Source: an uncultured Candidatus Saccharibacteria bacterium
GTDB lineage: Bacteria; Patescibacteriota; Saccharimonadia; Saccharimonadales; CAZICT01
Direction: 5' to 3'
DNA length: 64,000 bases
Assembly: GCA_964537935.1 (NCBI GenBank)
Contig: CAZICT010000001.1
Span: 134,870 to 198,869, forward strand
The translations under genes and the position numbers were made by a program. Below the pieces are notes generated by a model, which saw nothing but the letters and a program-made list of their open reading frames with translations, searched no databases and was not told the DNA's origin. Shown piece after piece: positions 9,172 through 18,537 of the stretch; within the stretch, counting starts at the first letter, position 1; each line of letters starts with the position of its first letter.

Positions 9172-9816
9172 CTATTCCAGGTCTTCATCTATATTGTGCA
9201 ATGCGGTACCGCCAAGCGCATCAAGGTATTGGGGAGGTGTGTTCTTAACGCTTAGGTTTACTTCGTCGTCGGTGAGCTCAAAAACAACTACCGGTTCTAT
9301 CGAAACGGCATATTTAGCACCGATGTCTCCGTTTTCTTCGTCATTATTTAAATGATCAGCCACTATAACCGCGGCATTAGCCAGGCCAGGAAGCTCCAAA
9401 TTATGAATATGCTTAACAACAGCTACCTTATCGCTTGGAGTGGCTTCAGCTATTTGTCGCGTGCGTTCGGAAATGTATCCAAGATCGTCTAGAGCCTCTT
9501 GAGGCGTTGAAAACAAGCCAAGCTTTGAAGCGAGGAGACAGTAAATACCGCGGTGATTATTATCTTCGAGCATGAAGTGTCGTTGAGCGCTCGGAAATTC
9601 CTTGCCAAAGCTTTTGCCATGCTTTTGCCAAATCGAAATAAAATCTTCGAAGATTTCCTCTGCCTGTCTGGCTATGTAATCTTCGGGTGAAGCATCAAAC
9701 TCTTCGCGTCGCCGGTTTGCTTTATGTAGCTGAAGTTGAATATCCGGCGGGATCGAATCGTTGCTATTCAAAGATAAAAATGTGGGGTCAATTTCCATAC
9801 TCACAAACGCTTTCAT
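9172..9816 (-). CDS. Hypothetical protein (214 aa, acidic)
   Basis: Long ORF convergent with thyX. No motif recognised. Confidence 0.6.
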   Translation of the reverse strand: MKAFVSMEIDPTFLSLNSNDSIPPDIQLQLHKANRRREEFDASPEDYIARQAEEIFEDFISIWQKHGKSFGKEFPSAQRHFMLEDNNHRGIYCLLASKLGLFSTPQEALDDLGYISERTRQIAEATPSDKVAVVKHIHNLELPGLANAAVIVADHLNNDEENGDIGAKYAVSIEPVVVFELTDDEVNLSVKNTPPQYLDALGGTALHNIDEDLE

Positions 9817-9900
9817 TATTAATTATTTTTATAGATCTGTCAAGATGCTTACAGTTAAGGTATGTGTGTGAAGTGACAACCGAAAGGAGTAGGGTATGAT

Positions 9901-10086
9901 ATGCGAGCGTTAGCTCAAGCAGTATCCGGCGCATGCCAGGGCAAAGTGGAGTTGGCTTGCTCATGTTACGAGCAAAAATGCCAAGTGGCGATTAGTTGCC
10001 GGCAATCTTTTGGATGGGTCACATCCTTAAGATATCCACAGATGCCCTGGCTCATGTATTTTCATGCACTTCTGGCTGAACCTTAG
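9901..10086 (+). CDS. Possible small Cys-rich protein (61 aa)
   Basis: A strong SD (GAAAGGAG) lies ~12 nt upstream of the ATG. The product has six Cys in 61 aa. There is no homology evidence, and its stop overlaps the stop of the convergent 79-aa ORF. Confidence 0.25.
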   Translation: MRALAQAVSGACQGKVELACSCYEQKCQVAISCRQSFGWVTSLRYPQMPWLMYFHALLAEP

Positions 10087-10322
10087 GCACTCAGTGCCGT
10101 TGGGGCCAGCCGACTGGCGAGACGATGGCTACGAACAGCTTCATTGCGCCGCTGTCGTTGCGTCTCGTTGTTGACCTGGCGCACACGCTTCCAGAGAGCG
10201 TCTCTGTCGCTCTTGTCGAGCATGCTGTCACCTTCACGGAGAAGTTCGACCGCCACATCGACGTGCCTGTCATCAAGTGCGCCGTGGATGTCGTCGACCA
10301 GTTCTTGAGGCGTCAAATACAT
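10083..10322 (-). CDS. Hypothetical 79-aa protein encoded in a ~60% GC patch
   Basis: The ORF coincides with a sharp compositional anomaly: 62-63% GC by hand count for 10081-10200. The RBS is weak. Confidence 0.35.
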   Translation of the reverse strand: MYLTPQELVDDIHGALDDRHVDVAVELLREGDSMLDKSDRDALWKRVRQVNNETQRQRRNEAVRSHRLASRLAPTALSA

Positions 10323-10676
10323 TTTCCTGACCCTTTCGGTTGTCGTATCCAGATTATTCTGGATGAGGTGCGTCCCTGCTTCTTGCAGAGAATAGTGGAA
10401 GCGATGCTTCCATGGATAGGCTTATCAGGTTCGCTTAAGCGTATTCACGGAGTCATAGCTATTAAAAAACCGGACTCTTCCTTGTGGATGAGTCCGGTTG
10501 ATTGTTGTTTGCTATTTTTCGATTTAATGTATCAAGCCGTCTCAGCCACAGTGGCGCCACAAATAATCACGAGTACGAGGTCGAGATATCGTTTTGCGAC
10601 TGAGTTTGCTAAACGGTTCATACAGAGAAAACGCTACTACAAATAGTTGTAGTTTGTCAAACCGTATGCTAATACA

Positions 10677-10705
10677 TTGACAAATTAACAGGGATAACGT
10701 ATTGT
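10677..10705 (+). promoter_or_regulatory. Candidate sigma-70-type promoter for the rplJL operon
   Basis: TTGACA (10677-10682), a 17-nt spacer, then TATTGT (10700-10705). Confidence 0.35.
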
Positions 10706-10943
10706 GGAAAAGTTACCAAAGACAGCGACGAGCTTACAGAGCTTTGAAAAACCAAACGTCGCCTAGGTGCAAGCATAAATGCCGAAAATATCGGTTTATT
10801 GATTTGCAATCAAAGTCTTTGGCTCACACCAAAGACTTTTTTGATGGTAACAAATGGCGCTTTTTGGTCGATAGCGACATTAAAATACATAATTTTAGGC
10901 CACTTACGGATATAAGTTGTACCTAAAAAGAAAATGAGTAGAT
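10706..10943 (+). promoter_or_regulatory. L10-leader-type 5' UTR with terminator/attenuator hairpin
   Basis: A ~240-nt untranslated leader precedes rplJ. It contains a perfect hairpin, AAAGTCTTTGG (10812-10822) with CCAAAGACTTT (10829-10839), followed by a T-run. This is the architecture of L10/L12 autoregulatory leaders in Gram-positive lineages. Confidence 0.5.
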
Positions 10944-11468
10944 ATGGCACTTACAAAAGATAAGAAGCACGAAGTCGTCAATGAAGTAGCAGAGCTTTTG
11001 GCTAGCTCAAAGATGACGGTAGTGGCTGCATATCAAGGCACGCCTGTAAAAGCAATGCAGACGCTCCGCCGCCAGGCCCGCGATAACGGCACAAAAGTGC
11101 GGGTTATTAAAAACCGGCTTGTTATAAAGGCCCTTGAGCAAGATAAGACCTTTAAGGATGCAACTAAAGAACCGCTTCAAGGCATGCTGCTGTATGCATT
11201 TAATAGCGAGGACGAAGTAGCTCCGGCCCAAGTGTTGGCCGATTTTGCAAAAAATCAACCGACTATTACGTTTATTGGCGCTTATTCTGCCGAAGGCAAG
11301 TTCCTAAGCAGTGAAGAAGTAACTTCATTAGCAACCCTACCAAGCAAGAGCGACCTCATCGCTCAAGTGCTGGCAACCCTTACGTCGCCAGTCAATGACG
11401 TTATGGGAGGTCTTTCTGGTAATCTACACGGGCTTCTCGATGGCGTCGAAGCAAAAGCAGCCTCATAA
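10944..11468 (+). CDS. rplJ: 50S ribosomal protein L10
   Basis: 174 aa with a typical L10 N-terminus (KDKKHEVVNEVAELLASSKMTVVAAYQG). It lies directly upstream of rplL. Confidence 0.95.
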   Translation: MALTKDKKHEVVNEVAELLASSKMTVVAAYQGTPVKAMQTLRRQARDNGTKVRVIKNRLVIKALEQDKTFKDATKEPLQGMLLYAFNSEDEVAPAQVLADFAKNQPTITFIGAYSAEGKFLSSEEVTSLATLPSKSDLIAQVLATLTSPVNDVMGGLSGNLHGLLDGVEAKAAS

Positions 11469-11493
11469 CTATAAGTAAATTCAGGAGAAAATA

Positions 11494-11877
11494 ATGGCAG
11501 ATTTAAAGAAACTTGCTGAACAGCTCACCGGCTTGACTGTTTTGGAAGTAAACGAACTTAAGACAATCCTAAAAGATGAATACGGTATTGAACCGGCCGC
11601 CGCAGCCGTAGCTGTTGCCGGCCCAGCCGCTGGCGGAGACGCCGGTGCGGCAGCCGCCGACGAAAAGAGCGAATATGACGTTGTACTAAAAGACGCAGGC
11701 GCTCAAAAGGTTGCAGTCATTAAGGCTGTTAAAGATCTTACAGGACTTGGACTTGGTGAAGCAAAAGCTATCGTAGATGGCGCTCCAAAGACTGTCCTTG
11801 AAAAGGCAGCTAAGGAAGATGCTGAAAACGCCAAGAAGACGCTAGAAGAAGCTGGCGCAACTGTCGAGCTTTCATAA
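11494..11877 (+). CDS. rplL: 50S ribosomal protein L7/L12
   Basis: N-terminal dimerisation helix, an Ala/Pro/Gly hinge ([21 protein letters not shown]), and a C-terminal domain ([28 protein letters not shown]). Confidence 0.95.
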   Translation: MADLKKLAEQLTGLTVLEVNELKTILKDEYGIEPAAAAVAVAGPAAGGDAGAAAADEKSEYDVVLKDAGAQKVAVIKAVKDLTGLGLGEAKAIVDGAPKTVLEKAAKEDAENAKKTLEEAGATVELS

Positions 11878-11895
11878 GCTTCACACAGTTTATAT

Positions 11896-11930
11896 AAAGA
11901 ACCGCTTGTGTTTATTGAGCGGTTCTTTTA
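11896..11930 (+). terminator. Intrinsic terminator after rplL
   Basis: AAAGAACCGCT (11896-11906) pairs with AGCGGTTCTTT (11918-11928), followed by T residues. Confidence 0.7.
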
Positions 11931-11940
11931 TATTTACGGT

Positions 11941-12282
11941 ATGAAAAAGAGGGATTTGGTGGCACTCGTTATATCGGCTGCGTTAGTGCTGGCGATTTTT
12001 CTAGTCCTTCCGGTAGCCAGCCAGCAGAGTATTGTTCTAAATGATTGCCCTGAGCTTCTTACTAGCGGCCCGTGTGCGCCACAGTCTATACCTACGTCAT
12101 TAAAGCCGCTGCTGGTAGTGTTAGTTGACAGCGAGGAGCTGCTTGCTCCGAATGCAGACACCGCAATACTGCGTAATCTAGTAGTGGCCTTTGCGCTAGG
12201 AACGGGATTTTATCTTGTTAATAGTAAACGTCCTAAACTAAAGAAAAAGACCACCTCTGATAAAAAAGCTTCGCTATCATAA
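11941..12282 (+). CDS. Small membrane-anchored hypothetical protein
   Basis: The ORF track starts at 11908, inside the rplL terminator. I use the ATG at 11941 (MKKRDLVALVISAALVLAIFLVLPVASQ), which opens a signal-anchor-like segment. Confidence 0.5.
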   Translation: MKKRDLVALVISAALVLAIFLVLPVASQQSIVLNDCPELLTSGPCAPQSIPTSLKPLLVVLVDSEELLAPNADTAILRNLVVAFALGTGFYLVNSKRPKLKKKTTSDKKASLS

Positions 12283-12385
12283 GTTATCCACAGAATAGTT
12301 TTTATTTTGACTAAACCGTATTTATCATGCTACGGTTAACTAAAGTGTGTGATAACAAACACTTGCCTAAGAGAGACAATAAGAC

Positions 12386-12895
12386 ATGGCGGAAGTACCA
12401 GATAAACAAATAAAGAGACTGAAGTCTTTGATTCAGGAGGCAGAAACCAGCTTAGCGGCCGCAAAAGAGCTGTTGGTTAGCCTGGTAGGCGAAGAACCTG
12501 TGGTTGCCGCTTCCTCTAAAGACGAACCGCTCGGTAAAGTTATTGAAGGTGTCTTTGACGGACAGAATATGGTTGGATCTGACGGTAAGACCTATCCGGT
12601 TCCAGCCAACTATGCCAGCAAATCCAAGCTCGTCCAGGGCGACATCCTCAAACTCACCATAGCCGACGACGGCGCTTTCATGTACAAGCAAATTGGCCCT
12701 ATACCAAGAAAACAAGTTGTCGGAACTCTTATTCAAGAAAATGGACACTATTATGTTGATGTTAACGGACGCAAGCTGCGTGTATTGCTTGCCAGCGTTA
12801 CATACTTCAAAGCAAAACCAGGCGATCAAGTAAGCGTCAACATCCCTGAAGACGACGCTAACGCCGAATGGGCAGCCCTAGAAGCCGCATTATAG
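12386..12895 (+). CDS. Hypothetical protein (169 aa)
   Basis: Clean ORF with an N-terminal coiled-coil-like segment. No motif recognised. Confidence 0.6.
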   Translation: MAEVPDKQIKRLKSLIQEAETSLAAAKELLVSLVGEEPVVAASSKDEPLGKVIEGVFDGQNMVGSDGKTYPVPANYASKSKLVQGDILKLTIADDGAFMYKQIGPIPRKQVVGTLIQENGHYYVDVNGRKLRVLLASVTYFKAKPGDQVSVNIPEDDANAEWAALEAAL

Positions 12896-12972
12896 ATACC
12901 TGCTTTAAAGATAAGCATAAAAGGGAAATTACAACACCTATATGTGATGTGTATCGCGTATAATAGGGCCAA

Positions 12973-14436
12973 ATGGGAAAAGCACTCTACCGTAAATACC
13001 GGTCTAAGCGTTTGTCTGAGATTGTCGGACAAGAACACATAACTACTACGCTCGATAACGCACTGAAAAAAGGTGTGATTAGTCACGCCTATTTATTTAC
13101 CGGTCCAAGAGGTGTGGGCAAGACCAGCATCGCCCGTATTCTGGCGCATGAAGTAAACAGCTTTGATTATCAGGACAACATGACCCATCTGGACATAATT
13201 GAGATTGATGCTGCCAGCAACCGTCGAATTGATGAGATACGTGAGCTTCGTGAGAAAGTGCATTCCACGCCTACTACAGGTAAGTACAAAGTATATATCA
13301 TTGATGAAGTTCATATGTTAACTAAAGAAGCATTTAACGCTTTGCTTAAGACCCTTGAAGAGCCACCGGCCCACGCTATATTCATACTTGCGACAACAGA
13401 AGCGCACAAACTGCCCGAAACTATAGTCAGTCGCACTCAACGGTATACTTTTAAGCCTGTTGACAGAGACACGGCAAGGCAACATTTACGCTTTATCGCC
13501 AATCAGGAAGGGCTCAAAATAGATGACGAAGCCCTAACACTCATCGCAGAACACGGAAACGGGTCTTTTCGCGACAGCATAAGTTTATTGGATCAGCTAA
13601 GTAGTAGTGACCACAAAGTAAGCCGTCAAGATGTAGAAACCATGCTCGGAATTGCTCCAGAAGAAGCAATAGAAACTCTCTTGAAGGCTGTGGCGGAAGG
13701 CAACTTACCAACGCTGCTAGCCACCTTAAATAAACTATATGAAGCAGGCAGCAGAGCAGCACAGATTGCCAAGCAATTATCGATGAGTCTGCGAAAAGAG
13801 ATGATTTCTGACCACCAAACACTTAGCCCAACCAAAGCCAGCGCGCTCATACGCGAATTAATCAACGTACCGCCCTCACACGAGCCGGAAACTTTACTTG
13901 AGCTTATATTGATTGAGGCGGCCTCATCAGGGCCTTCCAGTACGTCATCAGATGACACTAAGCCAGACCAAGAAAAACCCAAGACCACCAAGAAGCAGAA
14001 AATCTCTAAAGTTGCAGTTGAGCCGGCTGCTGCAACAGCCGACACGGTCGCATCTGTAAAAAAAGTCCATAAAAAATCAGCTGTTAAATTTTCGTCTGAG
14101 ACCTGGCAAGAGGTACTTCAAGAAATCAAAAAGCACCATAATACACTCTACAGTGTCGCTAAAACCGCTCAACCTCGGTTTGAGGGTGAAGTGTTAACGC
14201 TCACTTTCGCTTTTGCATTCCATCAGCGCAGGTTAAACGACGCTAAGAATAAAGATATAATAGCCAGTTTTATTGAGAAGGTAACGGGACGGCGCATGGC
14301 AATTGTTTGCGAACTTGGTGACACCGGCGCATTGCCGACCTTAAGTGAGCAAAAAGAGACCTTAAAGCATCAAACACCACCCGAATCGCTCGAAACCATT
14401 AGCAATATTTTTGGCGGCGCAGAGATGCTAGAGTAA
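12973..14436 (+). CDS. dnaX: DNA polymerase III subunit gamma/tau
   Basis: Clamp-loader AAA+ motifs: HAYLFTGPRGVGKTS, IIDEVHML, SRTQRY. Confidence 0.95.
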   Translation: MGKALYRKYRSKRLSEIVGQEHITTTLDNALKKGVISHAYLFTGPRGVGKTSIARILAHEVNSFDYQDNMTHLDIIEIDAASNRRIDEIRELREKVHSTPTTGKYKVYIIDEVHMLTKEAFNALLKTLEEPPAHAIFILATTEAHKLPETIVSRTQRYTFKPVDRDTARQHLRFIANQEGLKIDDEALTLIAEHGNGSFRDSISLLDQLSSSDHKVSRQDVETMLGIAPEEAIETLLKAVAEGNLPTLLATLNKLYEAGSRAAQIAKQLSMSLRKEMISDHQTLSPTKASALIRELINVPPSHEPETLLELILIEAASSGPSSTSSDDTKPDQEKPKTTKKQKISKVAVEPAAATADTVASVKKVHKKSAVKFSSETWQEVLQEIKKHHNTLYSVAKTAQPRFEGEVLTLTFAFAFHQRRLNDAKNKDIIASFIEKVTGRRMAIVCELGDTGALPTLSEQKETLKHQTPPESLETISNIFGGAEMLE

Positions 14437-14440
14437 CGTT

Positions 14441-15799
14441 ATGCAGTCCGATACCGCCCGCACACCCCCTCAAAACACCGAAGCCGAAGCCAGTCTGCTT
14501 GGTGCACTATTAATTGACACTGATGCAATTGTTAAGATAGCCGATATCGTAACTGTCATTGATTTCTATGAAGAACGTCATCAGCGTATATACGAAGCAA
14601 TTATACAATTATACGAAAAGCGCCAACCGATAGATGTATTGACGCTTTCCGACCAACTTAAAGGAACCGGTTTTCTTGACATGGTGGGCGGACCTTCATA
14701 CCTAACCGAGTTGACCAATTTTGTCCCCACCGCGGCTCATGTCGAACAATATGCTCAAATCGTAGCCCAAAAAGCATTACGACGCCGCCTGATAAAAGCT
14801 TCACAAGATATCGTAGGTTTAGGATACGACGAATCCAAAGGGCTGCAGGAGCTGATTGAAGACGCTGAAACCCGTCTCTTTGAAGTTAGCCAAAAGCACA
14901 TCAAACAAGATATAACCAGTTTGGAAGAAATCTTGGCTTCGAGCTTTGACCGGTTAGATGAGCTTCACAAAGACAAAGGCAAAATAAGAGGCATCCCAAC
15001 CGGCTTTAAAGATCTTGATAATATCCTGGCCGGCTTACAACGCTCAGATCTTTTTATTATTGCTGCCCGGCCATCTATGGGTAAAACCGCCTTGCAATTA
15101 AACCTTGCTCATAACGTAGCCGTGAAAGCCGGCGAGCCAGTTTTGATCTTCAGCCTTGAAATGAGTAAAGAGCAGTTGGTTGACAGGATGTTATCGATGG
15201 AATCCGGCGTTGACGCCTGGGCGCTTCGGACCGGTAATCTAACCGACGCTGATTTTGAGAAGATTGGCCACGCCATGGGGGCGCTGAGCGAAGCTCAAAT
15301 TTACATTGACGACACACCGGGAATTACTGTAAGCGATCTTCGCACCAAAGCCCGTCGTGAAGCTCATCAGAGGCCTCTCGGTTTAATTATCGTTGACTAT
15401 CTGCAGCTGATGAGCGGTGGCGCTAGATTTGGCGGTGACAGCAACCGTGTGCAAGAAGTTTCAGAAATTTCTCGGGGCTTAAAGGGTGTAGCCCGAGAAT
15501 TGAATGTTCCGGTAATTGCACTTTCACAGTTAAGCCGCTCTGTCGAAAACCGCAGCCCGCAAATACCACAGCTAGCCGACTTGCGTGAATCGGGTTCTAT
15601 CGAACAAGATGCCGACGTCGTTGCGTTTATCTACCGCGAGGATTACTACAATCCTGATACTGACCGTAAAAATATAACCGATATTTTTATTAAAAAACAC
15701 CGTAACGGACCTACCGGTGGAGTCGAGCTGTACTTCGATAAAGAAAAGCAACGCTTTCGAAGTCTGGACTCACGACGCGCCGAGCCGTTTGATTCTTAA
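14441..15799 (+). CDS. dnaB: Replicative DNA helicase
   Basis: N-terminal PPQNTEAEASLLGALL, Walker A ARPSMGKTA, and SLEMS and LSQLSR motifs. Confidence 0.95.
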   Translation: MQSDTARTPPQNTEAEASLLGALLIDTDAIVKIADIVTVIDFYEERHQRIYEAIIQLYEKRQPIDVLTLSDQLKGTGFLDMVGGPSYLTELTNFVPTAAHVEQYAQIVAQKALRRRLIKASQDIVGLGYDESKGLQELIEDAETRLFEVSQKHIKQDITSLEEILASSFDRLDELHKDKGKIRGIPTGFKDLDNILAGLQRSDLFIIAARPSMGKTALQLNLAHNVAVKAGEPVLIFSLEMSKEQLVDRMLSMESGVDAWALRTGNLTDADFEKIGHAMGALSEAQIYIDDTPGITVSDLRTKARREAHQRPLGLIIVDYLQLMSGGARFGGDSNRVQEVSEISRGLKGVARELNVPVIALSQLSRSVENRSPQIPQLADLRESGSIEQDADVVAFIYREDYYNPDTDRKNITDIFIKKHRNGPTGGVELYFDKEKQRFRSLDSRRAEPFDS

Positions 15800-15839
15800 A
15801 AGCATAAACGCCTAAAAACTGTTATACTTTTTAGTAATA

Positions 15840-17060
15840 ATGGGAAACAAGATAAGGCTTGCGCTCATCTATGGATGGCGACCTATGCTGCTTATGATTG
15901 GCATGGGCTTATTGCTTATTGGGGTGATGGGCTTCAGGCTTACCACCTTATTACCGGGTCTTAGTGACGCCGAGCTGGCCATACAGACACAACTTGCAAA
16001 TGACTCACTAACGGTTAAATCTTTGTTTGATAATCCGCTTTTCTTGCCATACAACGCCGTGTTGTTGATTATGCAAAAAATTAATGCTGACGGCATACTG
16101 GCGCTTCGAAGCCTAAGCGTAGCGATTGGGCTTGCTTCGGTGGCAGGTTTTTACTATGTCGCCCGCCAATGGTTTACCGAGCGCATGGCATTATTCGGAA
16201 CACTGCTTTTTTCTACTTCCAGCTGGTTTTTGCATACCGCGCGTTTTGGAACACCCGAAGTTATTTACAGTAGTTCGATAATTGTGCTCGCTATTGGGAT
16301 CTGGCTGCAGCACAGCAAGCGCCGAATACCATTGTTGAGCTTACTGGCCTTAAGTTTGATATATATTTATATTCCTGGCTTTTTGTGGTTTATAATCTTG
16401 GCCGGCTTTTGGCAGTATAAGCGGATCTTAAAAGAACTTCGGCGGGTACCGACTTGGTTTAAGTTCGTTTTTCCGTTAGCTGTAACGACAGTTCTTTCAC
16501 CGTTAATCTGGGGGATAATTAAGAATCCATCGCTGATTAAACAGTTGATTGGCTTGCCGGAACAGCTTCCGAGCTTATCTGAGTTTGGCAGTAACTTGCT
16601 AGCCGTGCCCTTAGAGTTGGTTTTTAAAGGTCCAAACGATCCGGCGCGTTGGCTCGGGGAGATACCACTGCTTAGTCTTTTTGGCACAGTTATGTTAGTA
16701 ATGGGGCTTTATTGGTCTTTCTATAAACGCACGCTTGACAGAGTTAAGATGTTGGCAATCATTCTTGTGATCGGCAGCTTCTTAATAGCCAGTAATGGGC
16801 CAGTAAGTTCAGCGTTACTTATACCTTATATTTACCTTATTATCACTTTCGGCATAACTCTTATGTTGCAGCAGTGGTTTACTGTTTTTCCAAAGAATAT
16901 TATAGCTCGTACAACAGGGGTCGTATTGTTAGGCGCCGTGATAATATTAACGGTATTTTATAATTTCAACCACTATTTCATAGCCTGGCCACAGGCGCCA
17001 GAAACCAGAAAAGCGTTTTCAAACCCACCAGTTACATCTGTTACAATAGAAGGCGAGTAA
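15840..17060 (+). CDS. Polytopic membrane protein, possibly a GT-C (ArnT/PMT-like) glycosyltransferase
   Basis: 406 aa with about ten hydrophobic spans. The assignment rests on general resemblance only. Confidence 0.5.
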   Translation: MGNKIRLALIYGWRPMLLMIGMGLLLIGVMGFRLTTLLPGLSDAELAIQTQLANDSLTVKSLFDNPLFLPYNAVLLIMQKINADGILALRSLSVAIGLASVAGFYYVARQWFTERMALFGTLLFSTSSWFLHTARFGTPEVIYSSSIIVLAIGIWLQHSKRRIPLLSLLALSLIYIYIPGFLWFIILAGFWQYKRILKELRRVPTWFKFVFPLAVTTVLSPLIWGIIKNPSLIKQLIGLPEQLPSLSEFGSNLLAVPLELVFKGPNDPARWLGEIPLLSLFGTVMLVMGLYWSFYKRTLDRVKMLAIILVIGSFLIASNGPVSSALLIPYIYLIITFGITLMLQQWFTVFPKNIIARTTGVVLLGAVIILTVFYNFNHYFIAWPQAPETRKAFSNPPVTSVTIEGE

Positions 17061-17075
17061 AGCAAGGAGTTAGGT

Positions 17076-17369
17076 ATGAGCCGATTTGATCAGGCAAAAA
17101 TGTTAATGAAGGTTAAAAAGCTACAGAAAGAACTGCAGAAAATGATTATTACCGTCGAAAAAGGCGACGGTGCTGTACAAGTAGAAATTACCGGCGAACA
17201 AAAGATTAAAAAAATACATATCGACCCGGAATCAATCGATCTTGACGATATCGGCCAGCTTGAGAAATGGCTTGAAGAAGCTGTGAAAGACGCAATTCAA
17301 CAAAGCCAAAAAATTGCTGCTGAAAAAATGCAGCCGATGATGGGTGCGCTTGGTAACTTAGGTCTTTAG
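17076..17369 (+). CDS. ybaB: Nucleoid-associated protein YbaB/EbfC
   Basis: 97 aa with the typical pattern MLMKVKKLQKELQKM...GDGAVQVEITGEQKIKKIHIDPE. It sits in the conserved dnaX-ybaB-recR neighbourhood. Confidence 0.9.
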   Translation: MSRFDQAKMLMKVKKLQKELQKMIITVEKGDGAVQVEITGEQKIKKIHIDPESIDLDDIGQLEKWLEEAVKDAIQQSQKIAAEKMQPMMGALGNLGL

Positions 17370-17434
17370 ATTTACCCGTCCTATCGGCTAGCTTCCGCTA
17401 TGGAGGCTAGACAATAGAGTCTTGGTGTTTAGTT

Positions 17435-18040
17435 ATGCAAATATTACCGCCAGCATTACAGAAACTAATTGATGACCTAGGAGCACTGCCTGGGGTCGGT
17501 CCGCGCACGGCTGAAAGATACGCCTACTTTTTGCTTAAATCCGACCCAATAATTGCCCAGCGACTTGCTTCAAGCGTCAGCAGCCTGCATGAAAGTGTTG
17601 CTTATTGCAAAAAGACATTCGCGCTTGTCGAGAAAGGCAAGGAACTGTCTGATTTGTACACTGACGCTTCGCGTGATAAAAAACTCGTTGCCGTAGTGGC
17701 TGAGCCGTTTGATATAGTCGCCCTGGAGAAAACCGGCCAGTATAAGGGTACTTATCATGTACTGGGTGGCTTGGTCTCACCAATTGACGGAATAACCCCT
17801 GACCAATTACACATAAAGGAATTGTTGGAGAGAGTCAAAGAAGACAAAGTGCAAGAAATTATTTTAGCCACCAACGCCAGCGTAGAAGGAGAATCGACCG
17901 CACTCTACATACAGCAACAACTGGAGGGCACCAAAGTTTCAATCTCCCGCTTAGCTCGCGGTTTACCAGTCGGAGTCGATCTGGAGTACGCTGACCAGAT
18001 AACCCTCGGCAGAGCGCTCGAAGGACGGACACGACTATGA
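17435..18040 (+). CDS. recR: Recombination protein RecR (Cys4 zinc-finger ligands largely replaced)
   Basis: N-terminal HhH (LPGVGPRTAERYAYFLL) and Toprim region (VVAEPFDIVALEKTGQYKGTYHVLGG). Only one Cys remains where the C4 finger normally sits. Confidence 0.93.
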   Translation: MQILPPALQKLIDDLGALPGVGPRTAERYAYFLLKSDPIIAQRLASSVSSLHESVAYCKKTFALVEKGKELSDLYTDASRDKKLVAVVAEPFDIVALEKTGQYKGTYHVLGGLVSPIDGITPDQLHIKELLERVKEDKVQEIILATNASVEGESTALYIQQQLEGTKVSISRLARGLPVGVDLEYADQITLGRALEGRTRL

Positions 18041-18537
18041 AAATCAGCTACTGTGTTGAATGCGGAGAGAAGCTTACCAAGCTTGATGAGACACGTTATT
18101 TATGTAAATTGAACGGACACCATTATTTTAATAACCCAAGAGCGTGTGTTGGCATGGTTTTATACCAAAACGGCCAATTTCTTGCTGCTGAAAGAGGCGG
18201 CGAACCCTATAAAGGGAGATTTGATCTGCCAGGTGGGTTCGTAGAATTCGGTGAGGATCCTGATGTGGCAATAGCTAGGGAAGTCAAAGAAGAAACCAAC
18301 CTTACTATAAGCAATGCCAAGCTCTTCTACGTCAAAACCCATCCATACGAGCACGACACTTCACTTTGTGATCTGATATATTTTTGTGATGAGTGGGAAG
18401 GCACGATCAAAGCTCAGGATGATGTGGCTAGCTTGAAGTGGCAACCGCTTTCATTTATTGAATCCGAAGACTTTGCCTGGCCATACCCAGGATTAGTCGA
18501 CAACATCATGCGGGAGGCAAACGCTAATGGACAGTAA
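18037..18537 (+). CDS. NUDIX hydrolase with N-terminal zinc ribbon
   Basis: Nudix box GGFVEFGEDPDVAIAREVKEETNL and an N-terminal CVECGEKL ribbon. It overlaps recR by 4 nt. Confidence 0.85.
   Translation: MKISYCVECGEKLTKLDETRYLCKLNGHHYFNNPRACVGMVLYQNGQFLAAERGGEPYKGRFDLPGGFVEFGEDPDVAIAREVKEETNLTISNAKLFYVKTHPYEHDTSLCDLIYFCDEWEGTIKAQDDVASLKWQPLSFIESEDFAWPYPGLVDNIMREANANGQ

Noticed and set aside
10125-10646. 173-aa + strand ORF in the gap upstream of rplJ.
   Set aside because: Its first third is simply the antisense of the GC-rich 79-aa ORF. It then runs through AT-rich non-coding DNA. It has no RBS, and its composition changes mid-ORF, so it is most likely a shadow ORF.
17388-17410. 9-bp hairpin (CTAGCTTCC-GCTAT-GGAGGCTAG) between ybaB and recR, considered as SRP RNA because scr/ffs often neighbours dnaX-ybaB-recR.
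   Set aside because: The whole gap is 65 nt, far too short. It also lacks the conserved helix-8 internal-loop and GNRA features.
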